64,000 nucleotides of DNA, taken from the NCBI GenBank assembly GCA_963668625.2, contig CAXXKA010000004.1, positions 64,001 to 128,000 of the forward strand, in the 5' to 3' direction. Positions 8,887-20,349 of this stretch are shown piece by piece (the stretch's first letter is position 1; the number at the start of each line of letters is the position of its first letter). This DNA comes from an uncultured candidate division Zixibacteria bacterium (GTDB lineage: Bacteria > Zixibacteria > MSB-5A5 > UBA10806 > 4484-95). The position numbers and the translations under genes were made by a program. The notes below the pieces were generated by a model, which searched no databases, had not been told where the DNA came from, and worked only from the letters and a program-made list of their open reading frames with translations.

Positions 8887-10214
8887 CACTACTGTCCCAA
8901 CGTTAGTTGAATAGTTTCAATTGGTTAGGGATTTCGGTTATAATTTCTTCCGTATCAATATCGCTAAGTCCTTGTTCTATAGGGATTTTCTCAAACAGGG
9001 TAACGCTTAAAATCTGTAGAATTTGATATAAGCTCGCTCTAAGATTTAAACGTTTCTTCACTATCGCTACCAGCACATAGATGCTGATTGCTATCCATAT
9101 CTGAGTCTTGACTGCATTGTCTGATAGCCCGAAAAACTTCTTTATCCTGAGATGGCTTTTAATCCATTTGAAGAACAGTTCCACCTGCCAACGACAGCGA
9201 TATAGTTCAGCAATTGTTATTGCCGGTAAATCAAAGTTATTGGTCAGAAAGATAAAGCGTTTGTCCAATATCTGATCAATATAACTTATGCGTCTGAGCT
9301 TCTCAGGATAATCTAATCCGGCATAATAACCTTTAAGCATAACCGTCTGGTCACTTCTTATTCCGGCTTTTACATTCTTGGGATGAGAGTAAAGGCGTCT
9401 GTAGTTGAAGTTCTTCTTGGCACGAGTTACAAAAAATGCCAGAGATTTGTGAATGCCGTATAGACGAGCATAATCTATATAAGCCTTGTCCAGAATATAA
9501 ATCGCGCCGGCTTCCACCATCAGATTATCCAGGATATTTACATCATGAACCTTTCCGGGAGTAACAATTACCATGCTGGGTATATTGCCGCGCAAATCCA
9601 GAAGAGTGTGCATCTTTATAGCTCCCTTCCTTCGCCTGAATTCAGCCCAGGGGAAAAGAGACAAACACAAATCGATGGTAGTCGAATCGAGAGCATAAAC
9701 AGTCTGCTCCAATTCCACTCCGAAAGGCTCGTTAACATACAACCCTCTGGCCGTGCTGATAAGTGTCCTGGTAAAATCCTCATAAATGCGATAATCCCTC
9801 ACCTCATTGGCATGAGCTAGAGTATTGCGTGATACTTTGCCTCTGATACCCATATGATAAAGCTTAACATGAGCCGCCCTCAGGCAAGCCTCGATATCCC
9901 GCAGACTCTCTCGGTAAGTAAGCTGAGCAAAAGCCATGCAAAGATATTGGTCCCAGCAGGAAAAGCTTTTGATCTTGTAATTGCCCCGGTAACGTCCCAC
10001 ACATTTGAGAAATTCGTATCTCGGGACAAAGTCCATAAGCTGCGATAAAAGAATCTTGCCTGAATGCATCAGCCATCTCCTTCCGAGTTCCCCCCTCGGA
10101 AGTATGGCTAAATCGGCTTTCCAAGTTCAAATCGAAAAATTCTATTTTTTGCTAAAATCCCTTGCCAGTTATCTACTTACAGCAACTCAAAAACAAAACG
10201 TTGGGACAGTAATG
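8887..10214 (-). mobile_element. IS4-family element, copy A (1328 bp)
   Basis: TIRs CACTACTGTCCCAACGTT / AACGTTGGGACAGTAATG; 9-bp TSD GCTGGAATT at 8878-8886 and 10215-10223. Confidence 0.95.
8903..10069 (-). CDS. IS4-family DDE transposase (DUF4372-type N-terminus)
   Basis: ALDSTTI, ILDKAY, YRCRWQVELFFKWIK (YREK motif). Confidence 0.95.
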   Translation of the reverse strand: MHSGKILLSQLMDFVPRYEFLKCVGRYRGNYKIKSFSCWDQYLCMAFAQLTYRESLRDIEACLRAAHVKLYHMGIRGKVSRNTLAHANEVRDYRIYEDFTRTLISTARGLYVNEPFGVELEQTVYALDSTTIDLCLSLFPWAEFRRRKGAIKMHTLLDLRGNIPSMVIVTPGKVHDVNILDNLMVEAGAIYILDKAYIDYARLYGIHKSLAFFVTRAKKNFNYRRLYSHPKNVKAGIRSDQTVMLKGYYAGLDYPEKLRRISYIDQILDKRFIFLTNNFDLPAITIAELYRCRWQVELFFKWIKSHLRIKKFFGLSDNAVKTQIWIAISIYVLVAIVKKRLNLRASLYQILQILSVTLFEKIPIEQGLSDIDTEEIITEIPNQLKLFN

Positions 10215-10932
10215 GCTGGAATTATAATTGCATTTATGAGAATGACATTTATGGATTCGAATCTGGAATAAATGACATCTTCCTTAATCCCTTGTTTGCC
10301 GATACCAGCCAGCATGATTACAGTCTGCAAGAGGGTTCCCCCTGCATTGATGCCGGTGATCCTGACTCCCCGCTCGATCCGGACTCGACACGGGTCGATA
10401 TCGGCGCGCTGTTTTACGATCAATCTGTCGGTATAGATGATGACGCTCAACCCTCGGGACCGTACGCTTACGCGCTTCAACAGAACTACCCCAATCCATT
10501 CAACGCCCAAACTACTATCAGCTACGAGTTACCGCATCAGGCCAACATCAGCCTGATAGTGTTCGATATCACCGGCAGGCTGGTTAAAACCATTATCGCC
10601 GAGGAGACACAATCATCCGGGCCGCACTCGGTAGTCTGGGATGGCACCGGCAATGATGGCAATCCCGTAGCCACCGCCATATATTTCTACAGGCTCTCTG
10701 TTGATGATTACTCAATCGTGAAGAGCATGATTGTGATAAAGTAGGTCAAGTGCACTTGGGACTTGACTAACCCGCATATAAAATAACAAACGTGAATTGC
10801 ATGAATTGGCTACTCTACCCCCTGGTTCCAAAGCGCCGCTTTGGAATCCCGAAGGCGCTGGCAACAAAAACAATACTGCGCAATCGGGCAGCGTTACGAA
10901 GCAGCGCTTCGTAACGAGGAGAGAAATTCAAA

Positions 10933-12459
10933 TTGCACGAATCGATGAAAAAGCTAACAATAATTCCGTGGCTGGCAGACGTCCTCGTCTGCTGCATTCA
11001 TCGCCTCGTATTGACTGCTAAGGGGCACACGGGGACGTATGCCGCCCTCAGCATTGCACTAACAATCCTCCTGCTAACCTGCAGCATACAGGCAACGGTT
11101 ATAAATATACCCGATGATTACGAGACTATAAACGAGGGAATCGCCGCCAGTATTGATGGTGATACCGTGCTGGTCGCGCCGGGTGAATACGAAGAGATTA
11201 TCTCATTACAGGGAAAGAATATCCTTTTGACAAGCTCAAATGGTCCAAATGCTTCAATTATAGCAGGGGCTGTTTTGTTTGAGAACGGTGAGGACTCGAC
11301 ATGCGTTTTAAGAGGATTTAAAATAGTCGGTAATAGCGGCTACAGTGGTGTCCAATGTAATAACACTTCACCAATTATAGAGGGTAATATAATTACCAGA
11401 CATATCGGATTAGCATGTTCTGGAGTTTCGATACGAAATAGCAATTGTATTATAAGAGATAACATTATAAGTGATAACCATAACACGCAATATGGTGGTG
11501 GAATATATATAGATGGCAACGGTTCGATAATAACCAGAAATTTAATACAGGATAATGAGGTGTACCAGTATCTTGGTTATGGTGGAGGGATATTCCTTCA
11601 AGGTACAGCAAGTATTAGTTACAATCTGTTAATAAATAATGTTGCGGTTGGAGGACCTGCAGGAGCTGAGGGCATAGGAGGAGGTATTTATAGGGCAAGT
11701 ATAAATGATACCCTTGGTGGAACGACCTATATAGGCAACAATACCTTTGTAGGCAATGAAGCATGGGCTTATGGTAGTGATTGCGGCAACGGTGGAGGTA
11801 TATATTTTTTTACACATCTTGACCAATATAATGACTCGCTTATCATCATAAATAATTTATATGCTTTTAACTATTCTGATGGGGCGGGTAGTGCTGCACG
11901 TGGATTCAGTAATGATTCCATGTATCTTAATTGGAATTATAATTGTATTTTTCAGAACAATATTAGTGGCTTTGAATCTGGGTTAAATGACATCTTCCTT
12001 GATCCCCTATTTGCCGATACCAGCCAGCATGATTACAGTCTGCAAGAGGGTTCCCCCTGCATTGATGCCGGTGATCCTGACTCCCCGCTCGATCCTGACT
12101 CGACACGGGTCGATATCGGCGCGCTGTTTTACGATCAATCTGTCGGTATAGATGATGACGCTCAACCCTCGGGACCGTACGCTTACGCCTTGAAGCAGAA
12201 CTACCCCAATCCATTCAACGCCCAAACTACTATCAGCTACGAGTTACCGCATCAGGCCAACATCAGCCTGATAGTGTTCGATATCACCGGCAGGCTGGTT
12301 AAAACCATTATCGCCGATGAGACGCAATCATCCGGGCCGCACTGGGTAGTCTGGGATGGCACCGGCAATGATGGCAACCCCGTAGCCACCGCCATATATT
12401 TCTACAGGCTCTCTGTTGATGATCACTCAATCGTGAAGAGCATGATTGTGATAAAGTAA
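10933..12459 (+). CDS. Secreted beta-helix protein with CTD, copy 3 (divergent core)
   Basis: Same 508-aa length and near-identical cap and C-terminal region as copy 1; core ~11397-11985 diverged. Confidence 0.88.
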   Translation: MHESMKKLTIIPWLADVLVCCIHRLVLTAKGHTGTYAALSIALTILLLTCSIQATVINIPDDYETINEGIAASIDGDTVLVAPGEYEEIISLQGKNILLTSSNGPNASIIAGAVLFENGEDSTCVLRGFKIVGNSGYSGVQCNNTSPIIEGNIITRHIGLACSGVSIRNSNCIIRDNIISDNHNTQYGGGIYIDGNGSIITRNLIQDNEVYQYLGYGGGIFLQGTASISYNLLINNVAVGGPAGAEGIGGGIYRASINDTLGGTTYIGNNTFVGNEAWAYGSDCGNGGGIYFFTHLDQYNDSLIIINNLYAFNYSDGAGSAARGFSNDSMYLNWNYNCIFQNNISGFESGLNDIFLDPLFADTSQHDYSLQEGSPCIDAGDPDSPLDPDSTRVDIGALFYDQSVGIDDDAQPSGPYAYALKQNYPNPFNAQTTISYELPHQANISLIVFDITGRLVKTIIADETQSSGPHWVVWDGTGNDGNPVATAIYFYRLSVDDHSIVKSMIVIK

Positions 12460-12497
12460 CGCTTGCATTTTAAAGATACGCCTTATTCCATAACTTC

Positions 12498-12700
12498 AAC
12501 GACGACTAAAATGTTTTAAGATGAATACAATACATCTGTCTCTCCTTCGGAGGCAGGGATCCAGTACGGCCTATTTTCTTTAAATGCCCCAGCCTATACT
12601 CGTACTATAATACTCGAAACTGGAGTTTCTCTGGCAATCGTGTTTCCAAACGGAGTTTTGGAACAAGGAAAGAACCCGGGACAGGAATGTCCCGGCTCTT
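12498..12700. repeat. REP-like composite, direct repeat of ~4541-4712
   Basis: GACTAAAATGTTTT...CCTTCGGAGG...CCAGTACGGCCT...CTCGAAACTGGAGTTTCTC...CCAAACGGAGTTT..GGAACAAGG in the same order at both sites. Confidence 0.75.
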
Positions 12701-12750
12701 AAATGGTTGATGTGGATATAAATTGATGAAACGTCTTATTCATCCCCCAC

Positions 12751-12778
12751 AAAAAAACCCGGCTTTGCAACCGGGTTT
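12751..12778 (-). terminator. Intrinsic terminator of the atp operon
   Basis: AAACCCGG-CTTTGCAA-CCGGGTTT stem with A7 run on the plus strand. Confidence 0.8.
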
Positions 12779-12812
12779 GAATTGTCATTATCTAAATAAG
12801 AATCGAGCGTGA

Positions 12813-13210
12813 CTAGCCTCTGGCCATCTTCTGACGCCATAAAGCTCGTTTCAAAGCGAACTCCGCCCGGGCATCATCGATCTCGGCTTTGGCCCGCTGC
12901 TCCAAACGCTCGCGTGCGCGCTGTTCGGCAGCTTTCGCCCTATCGATATCGATATTCTCGGGCTTTTCGATAGCATCCGCCAGAATAGTAGCGACATTGT
13001 TCGATACCTCGAGAAATCCACCAGAGATAAAGTACTCGGTTTCGTTACCGTCGGCATCCTTGATTTCAAGCTTACCCGAGTCGAGGGGAGTAATTAACGG
13101 CGCGTGATTGGTAAGCACGCCGAGATAGCCCTCGATTCCGGGGGCAACTATGGAGGTGACATCCTGCTCGAATGCGACTTTCTCGGGTGTAACGGCCGAT
13201 AACTTATACA

Positions 13211-13211
<1 letters not shown>
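12813..13211 (-). CDS. atpC: ATP synthase F1 epsilon subunit
   Basis: VTPE...GYLGVLTNHAPLIT...SGGFLEV...ILAD; operon position. Confidence 0.96.
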
Positions 13212-14665
<1,454 letters not shown>

Positions 14666-14712
14666 TTATTATCAAATTACCCAAGTTAGTTCAAGTATCA
14701 ATTCAAACCAGC

Positions 14713-15579
14713 TTAGCCTTTTAATGCCTCGGCGCCGCCCACAATGTCCAGAAGTTCCGTGGTAATTGCGGACTGACGCAGCTTATTACGCACGAGTGTC
14801 AGGCTGTCTATCATATCCCTGGCGTTGGTGGTCGCATTGTTCATAGCGATCATACGCGAACCGAATTCGGAGGCAAACGCCTCTAACAACGCTTGAAGGA
14901 TTTTAGTCAAACAGTAACGTGGTACTAAGCTCGAGAATATCGCCTCTGCTGATGGCTCGAAGATATACTGCGAGGGTTCACCCTCTGTAACACTTTCAGT
15001 ATTAATCTTCTCGATAGGCAAGAATTTCTCCAGGGTGAGATTATATTTCGTAGTCGAGACAAACTGAGTATAAAGCAATTTGACCTCATCATACTGCCCT
15101 GATACGAACCCATTAGTTATATCGTTTGCCAGATTTCTAACCATCTGCATATCGGCAACACCGCCGGTCTGGGGAATCTTGAACGCAATTGGATAGGGTT
15201 GTTTCTTAAAGAAATCGACTGCTTTTTTACCGACCAGCCCCAGTTTCACCTGATCCTGCGGAGTCTCCCTGAGATACCTTGCGGCAGCCCTGAGAACATT
15301 CGAGTTATAGGATCCGCAGAAACCGCGGTCGGCGGCAACAACCACCAATAGTTGGGAGTCAACCTTCCTCTCCTCGAAGAGGGGATGATTCAAGCTGGCC
15401 GCGGCTCCCGCCAACGACTCCAGCATTTGTTGCATCTTAAGGCCATATGGCCTGGCCGATTCTACACGTTGCTGGGCTCGACGTAACTTGGCCGCCGCCA
15501 CCATCTCCATGGCTTTGGTGATCTGCTGAGTCGACTCAACCGATTTGATTCTTCTTTTTAACTCTCGAAGTGATGCCAA
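14713..15579 (-). CDS. atpG: ATP synthase F1 gamma subunit
   Basis: QITKAMEMVAAAKL, DRGFCG, NKLRQSAITTEL. Confidence 0.98.
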   Translation of the reverse strand: MASLRELKRRIKSVESTQQITKAMEMVAAAKLRRAQQRVESARPYGLKMQQMLESLAGAAASLNHPLFEERKVDSQLLVVVAADRGFCGSYNSNVLRAAARYLRETPQDQVKLGLVGKKAVDFFKKQPYPIAFKIPQTGGVADMQMVRNLANDITNGFVSGQYDEVKLLYTQFVSTTKYNLTLEKFLPIEKINTESVTEGEPSQYIFEPSAEAIFSSLVPRYCLTKILQALLEAFASEFGSRMIAMNNATTNARDMIDSLTLVRNKLRQSAITTELLDIVGGAEALKG

Positions 15580-15625
15580 AGCTATCCAATCCTTTTCTCA
15601 GCCATTTAGCTATTGAAAACTTATT

Positions 15626-17140
15626 CTAAAGCTTGGCTTTAAATTCCGCTTTAAATTTTTCAGCGGCTTCTTTCAATTTGTTTTCGAGCGTATCATCGAT
15701 GATTTTCTTGGTCTTGATATCGTGACCGACATCCGGGAATTCCTTCTCCATTAACTGGAGGTAATCCTTCTCGGCTTCTCTGACCATATCGATCGGGACA
15801 TGATCAAAATGACCTTTACTGGCCATCCACAATACCATTACCTGTTTCTCCATCGCCATGGGCTCGTACTGACCTTGCTTCAATATCTCCTCGGATACTT
15901 TACCACGAGTAAGCTGTCTCTGTGTGGAGGCATCCAGATCGGAGCCGAACTGGGCGAACGCTTTTAATTCGCGATACTGCGCCAAATCCAAACGAAGAGA
16001 TCCCGCAACCTGGCGGAAAGCTTTTGTCTGGGCGTTACCGCCTACACGAGACACCGAGATACCGGCGTTAACCGCGGGACGGAAACCGGCGTAGAACAGA
16101 TCGGATTCCAAAAATATCTGACCATCAGTAATTGAAATAACGTTGGTCGGGATATATGCCGAAACGTCACCAGCCTGAGTTTCGATGACCGGCAAAGCGG
16201 TTAGCGAACCACCACCCAACTGGTCGTTCATCTTGGCGGCTCTCTCCAGCAAGCGCGAGTGCAGATAGAACACGTCACCCGGATAAGCCTCACGGCCCGG
16301 AGGACGGCGCACTAACAGGGAAAGCTGACGATAAGCAACGGCGTGCTTGGATAAATCGTCATATATGCAAAGCGCATGTTTGCCGTTATCTCTGAGATAT
16401 TCTCCCATTGCGCAGCCTGAGTAGGGAGCTATAAACTGCATCGGCGCCGGATCTGTGGCCGAGGCCACGATAACCGTGGTATATTCCATAGCGCCGTGAT
16501 CTTCTAAAATTTTTACTACCTGCGCCACGGTCGATGCTTTCTGACCGATCGCGACGTAGAAACAATAGATATCCGAGTCACGCTGGTTAATAATCGTGTC
16601 AATTGCCAGGGCGGTTTTACCGGTCTGACGGTCACCAATGATGAGCTCGCGCTGTCCGCGGCCAATCGGAATCATCGAGTCGATCGATTTCAAACCTGTC
16701 TGTACTGGTTCTTTCACCGGTTGACGGGCGACGACGCCGGGAGCAATCTGCTCGATAGGCATGTACTCATCCGTGGCGATCGGACCTTTACCGTCCAAGG
16801 GCTGACCAAGAGGATTAACGACTCTCCCGACCAGAGCATCACCAACCGGTACGCGGGCAACCGCGCCGGTTCTGCGAACAGTATCACCTTCCTTGATATC
16901 CGAATCGGGGCCGAAAAGCGCGGCAGATACCGAATCTTCCTCGAGGTTTAAGACAATACCGATAATATCGCCGGGAAATTGTAGAAGCTCGGACATCATG
17001 GCATCCTCAAGACCCCAGATACGAGCAATACCATCACCAACCTGCAGAATCGTCCCAACGGATTCCATCTCCAATTTAGTTTGGTATTTTTCGATCTCTT
17101 TCTGTAGAATTGAGCTTACTTCTTCAGGGCGGAAAGCCAT
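15626..17140 (-). CDS. atpA: ATP synthase F1 alpha subunit
   Basis: [32 protein letters not shown]. Confidence 0.99.
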   Translation of the reverse strand: MAFRPEEVSSILQKEIEKYQTKLEMESVGTILQVGDGIARIWGLEDAMMSELLQFPGDIIGIVLNLEEDSVSAALFGPDSDIKEGDTVRRTGAVARVPVGDALVGRVVNPLGQPLDGKGPIATDEYMPIEQIAPGVVARQPVKEPVQTGLKSIDSMIPIGRGQRELIIGDRQTGKTALAIDTIINQRDSDIYCFYVAIGQKASTVAQVVKILEDHGAMEYTTVIVASATDPAPMQFIAPYSGCAMGEYLRDNGKHALCIYDDLSKHAVAYRQLSLLVRRPPGREAYPGDVFYLHSRLLERAAKMNDQLGGGSLTALPVIETQAGDVSAYIPTNVISITDGQIFLESDLFYAGFRPAVNAGISVSRVGGNAQTKAFRQVAGSLRLDLAQYRELKAFAQFGSDLDASTQRQLTRGKVSEEILKQGQYEPMAMEKQVMVLWMASKGHFDHVPIDMVREAEKDYLQLMEKEFPDVGHDIKTKKIIDDTLENKLKEAAEKFKAEFKAKL

Positions 17141-17152
17141 AACGCACCTCTA

Positions 17153-17701
17153 TTAATGAACCTTAACTTTCGCTAAGTTCTGTCTCAATACTGTTAATTG
17201 TTGTCTCACCGAACGGTCGATTACCCGGTTGTGCAGATAGACTATTATCCCACCGAGAATAGACTTATCGATTTTATGTATTATCTCGATTTTCTTGCCT
17301 GTCATCGTCTCTAGCTTGGCTTGAAGACGCTTTTTGTAGTCCTCGCTCAAATCTACGGCGGTGACCACGCGAGTTTTGATAATCCCCTGGTAATCCTCCA
17401 GGAGCTTCTCGAACTCATCAGCGATCGTAGGCAGCAGGCCGACTCTGTGTTTGTCCAGAAGCAGTCTCAGGAACAACAGCAGACGAGGCGCGAGCCTGGT
17501 CGTGAACAGTTCCTCGAGGAGTTTCAGCTTCTGATCGTCCGGCACCTGCGGCGCTTCCAGAAAATTGAGGAAACGCTTGTCCTTGGCGGCAAAGTTCTTG
17601 AGCTGACTGACATCCGTGGCAATAATCTCGAGATTGCCGCTGTCTAAGGCGGTTTTAAATAGCGCCAGAGCGTATCTTCGAGCTACCTTGGTCTCAATCA
17701 T
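17153..17701 (-). CDS. atpH: ATP synthase F1 delta subunit
   Basis: VARRYALALF, DKSILGGII...VIDRSV. Confidence 0.96.
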   Translation of the reverse strand: MIETKVARRYALALFKTALDSGNLEIIATDVSQLKNFAAKDKRFLNFLEAPQVPDDQKLKLLEELFTTRLAPRLLLFLRLLLDKHRVGLLPTIADEFEKLLEDYQGIIKTRVVTAVDLSEDYKKRLQAKLETMTGKKIEIIHKIDKSILGGIIVYLHNRVIDRSVRQQLTVLRQNLAKVKVH

Positions 17702-18201
17702 TTGACATCTTCCACTTCATCGAGGAAATTACTGATCAGGCTGCGATGTTTGTCGTCATCTAGCTTCTCATTAATAATCTTTTCAGTAGCGAACAATGCC
17801 ATGTTGACCATATCATCGCGAAGCTCCATCTTGGCTTTGGCAACATCACGCGCCAACTCCTCACGGGCTTTCGAGATAATATCTTTGGCCTCTGCTCTGG
17901 CCTGTTCCCTGATCTCGGTAGCGACTTTGTTACCATCGGCAACGGCGTCCTGTATTTTGACCCGAGCTTCAGCCTCGATATCTTTCAACTTGGCCTGGTA
18001 CTCGCCCAGCAAGTTCTCGGCATCGATTTTAGTCTGCTCGGCATCATCGAGATCGGTTTTGATTTTCACCCGCCGCTGTTCAAGCATGCCCAAAAGCGGT
18101 TTCCAGGCAAATTTCTTGAGTATCCAGACGGCAATTAAAAATCCAAGAATTTGAGTTAGCAACTCGGGGAATTTAATCCCGAGCGCGTCCAGGATTCCCA
18201 T
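17698..18201 (-). CDS. atpF: ATP synthase Fo subunit b
   Basis: Single N-terminal TM, KKFAWKPLLGMLEQR, coiled coil. Confidence 0.96.
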   Translation of the reverse strand: MGILDALGIKFPELLTQILGFLIAVWILKKFAWKPLLGMLEQRRVKIKTDLDDAEQTKIDAENLLGEYQAKLKDIEAEARVKIQDAVADGNKVATEIREQARAEAKDIISKAREELARDVAKAKMELRDDMVNMALFATEKIINEKLDDDKHRSLISNFLDEVEDVK

Positions 18202-18241
18202 AGATCCTCCTCCGGGTTAAAATGTTTTTCCCGGTTATCTA

Positions 18242-18466
18242 TTAACCCTTGAGGAGAATAACCGCAACTAACGCATAGATTGTTAACGCTTCAATGAACG
18301 CAGCACCAATAATCATACCGGTCTGAATCTTACCGGCGGCTTCCGGCTGACGGCCCATAGCTTCCATAGCCATGCCAACAGCCTTACCAAGACCTAAACC
18401 CGAGCCAATAGCCGCGATGGCCACTGTTAACGGAAGTAAAAATCCTAGTGCAGTTGCTTGATCCAC
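18242..18466 (-). CDS. atpE: ATP synthase Fo subunit c (H+-type signature)
   Basis: GSGLGLG, RQPE loop, FIEALTIY (no Q...ES/T Na+ motif). Confidence 0.97.
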   Translation of the reverse strand: MDQATALGFLLPLTVAIAAIGSGLGLGKAVGMAMEAMGRQPEAAGKIQTGMIIGAAFIEALTIYALVAVILLKG

Positions 18467-18501
18467 TTGTTCCTCCTAACAAATTAATTATTTAAAGTAA
18501 T

Positions 18502-19452
18502 TTAATGATGTTCAGCTTCCTCATGATGTGATGTCATGAGCGAAAAGTAAATTGTCGATAGTAACGTAAACACCAGGGCCTGTACGAAACTCGTCAGTAA
18601 TGCCAGGAAAATAAACGGTAGCTGCAATGGCACGCCCGGCAGCCACGAGGGCAAAAAGCCTGATGTTATAAGTATACCTAAGCCGGCGAAAATCGCTAGA
18701 AGCATATCCTCACCGGAGATATTTCCGAATAAACGAAGTGACAGCGAAATCGGCTTGGCCAATTCGCCAATTATGTGAAGCGGCAGGTTCAGCGGCACCA
18801 GCGCCCACTCGACACCCGATTTCGGTGAACCGGCCAGGTGATGCAGATAACCACCTACCCCCTGTACCCTGATACCCTCGAACTGCACATACAAGAAAAC
18901 GCAGATGGCAAGAGCAAGCGTGGTATTAAGCTTCGAGGTCGAGGAGAACATTCCGGGGAATAATCCTAAAATATTCATGGCAAAAATATAAACGAATAGG
19001 GTGCCTAAAAATGGCACGTAACGTTTACCTCCCTCGCCGATAATTCCGCAGACCAGGTTGTTCAACGCCTCAACGCAGAACTCCATGAAATTCTGCAACG
19101 GGCCCGGGATTAATGTGCGTTTGGAGTAGACTCTTATAGCGAAATACGATAAGAGCAACCAGACCACAGCCGAGAAAATCGGCACATGCCAGGCCATCAG
19201 GAAATCGGTAACGTTGCCGGGGAATAGCTTATGCGCCAGCTCAATCCAGTTAGGCAGCTCGGGATGTCCGCCACCATGTTCGGCGGCATGTCCGGCTGCG
19301 GCGTGAAGAGTATCGGCGGCGTGATGTCCGACCTCCGCGGCGTGTTCACCGACTGTCTGCAACGTGTCTTTGGCGTGCTCGGTCGCCTCGTGTGCATGCT
19401 CCTGCGTTGCGACTATCGCATTATTTAGAAGAATCGCTACTTTTTCGATCAT
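18502..19452 (-). CDS. atpB: ATP synthase Fo subunit a with His-rich N-terminal extension
   Basis: KPISLSLRLFGNI, FVQALVFTLL. Confidence 0.97.
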   Translation of the reverse strand: MIEKVAILLNNAIVATQEHAHEATEHAKDTLQTVGEHAAEVGHHAADTLHAAAGHAAEHGGGHPELPNWIELAHKLFPGNVTDFLMAWHVPIFSAVVWLLLSYFAIRVYSKRTLIPGPLQNFMEFCVEALNNLVCGIIGEGGKRYVPFLGTLFVYIFAMNILGLFPGMFSSTSKLNTTLALAICVFLYVQFEGIRVQGVGGYLHHLAGSPKSGVEWALVPLNLPLHIIGELAKPISLSLRLFGNISGEDMLLAIFAGLGILITSGFLPSWLPGVPLQLPFIFLALLTSFVQALVFTLLSTIYFSLMTSHHEEAEHH

Positions 19453-19841
19453 AATGCTTTCACCTGTGTTTTATTGGTGTCAAGTTTCAGTAAGTGACGG
19501 CTTAACACCTTGAGAACCGTTACTATCATTATTGATGAAAAACCCCAGACCAGACCATAGATCGGGGGGTATGACCACTTAACAAGTAAATATCCTAAGA
19601 CATAAATTATCGGAAATTTAACGAAAATAAACGAGAGTATCAGCAAAACGCTCTTATCCCCCGGCTTGATGGCCTGCGTAACCAGCATCTTGATGGCAAA
19701 CAAATTCAGACATCCCCACGAAGCGCCCAGCGCGAAAGCCACGCCGAAAGGTATACCGATATATACCGCTAAAAACGGGAAAGCGATCCCAGCTAGTATC
19801 AATGATGTTTTGATTATTCGATTAACGAAATCCAGACTCAT
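19449..19841 (-). CDS. atpI: ATP synthase protein I (4 TM)
   Basis: Hydrophobic 130 aa directly upstream of atpB. Confidence 0.75.
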   Translation of the reverse strand: MSLDFVNRIIKTSLILAGIAFPFLAVYIGIPFGVAFALGASWGCLNLFAIKMLVTQAIKPGDKSVLLILSFIFVKFPIIYVLGYLLVKWSYPPIYGLVWGFSSIMIVTVLKVLSRHLLKLDTNKTQVKAL

Positions 19842-20062
19842 TTAGGTTTCCCGGAGGTTTGCTTTATTAAGTTGTAAACTTCCTTGCCGGCCGCGGCAAA
19901 TCCCAGCGCCAGACCGACTATTTTCAAGATGTTGCCCGTACCGAATTTTCCATCCAGCCAACCGCCGCCATAATAGCCAAGCAGCGGCGCCACGACAAGC
20001 ATTACGGGAATCACTGTGGCGATAGCCAACTGGCGATAGCCGGAATATTTATCGTTATCCAT
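19838..20062 (-). CDS. AtpZ/AtpI-family ATP synthase gene-1 protein
   Basis: GYYGGGWLDGKFGT motif between two TM helices; first gene of the operon. Confidence 0.85.
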   Translation of the reverse strand: MDNDKYSGYRQLAIATVIPVMLVVAPLLGYYGGGWLDGKFGTGNILKIVGLALGFAAAGKEVYNLIKQTSGKPK

Positions 20063-20349
20063 TTATCCGCCATTCGAAACTTTGCTTAATTAACCAATTC
20101 TAATCATTCAGTCAAGTTTTTTTTGCGATTTTTTTCACATGTTGCTAATAATATAAGAATATCTAATTGGAAATCCGCCTGCTCCAATTGACCTTTTATT
20201 AATCAGTTAGAGCTATAGTAATCATAGACATGATGGCTTAACATTGAATAATATATAGACAGTCATTAGTTTCTCGAAACTTTATACAATTAGAAATAAT
20301 TGTTTATACAACATCCATTATTTAAACATCGATTTGAAAGGAGTAAAAA

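Larger units (their letters stand above)
7881..10744 (+). pseudogene. Beta-helix/CTD gene copy 2, interrupted by IS4
   Basis: Essentially identical to copy 1 up to ...YFCWN; resumes after the IS at TSD GCTGGAATT and ends at TAG 10744. Confidence 0.92.
6051..12459 (+). repeat. Tandem triplication, 1715-bp unit (REP-like doublet + beta-helix gene)
   Basis: Units begin CCCCCTGGTTCCAAAGCG at 6051, 7766 and 10818; 7766-6051=1715 and 10818-7766=1715+1328 (IS)+9 (TSD). Confidence 0.92.

Noticed and set aside
4142-10921. Integron cassette array with attC sites
   Set aside because: The repeats lack clear RYYYAAC/GTTRRRY ends, also occur inside MITEs, and no integron integrase is present.
6630-11985. 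Diversity-generating retroelement explaining the variable beta-helix core
   Set aside because: Differences involve all four bases and many synonymous sites over ~590 bp; no adenine-specific TR/VR pair and no reverse transcriptase in the window.
18242-18466. Na+-translocating or N-type ATPase
   Set aside because: Subunit c has EAL and lacks the Gln and ES/T ligands; gene order is standard F-type with delta present.
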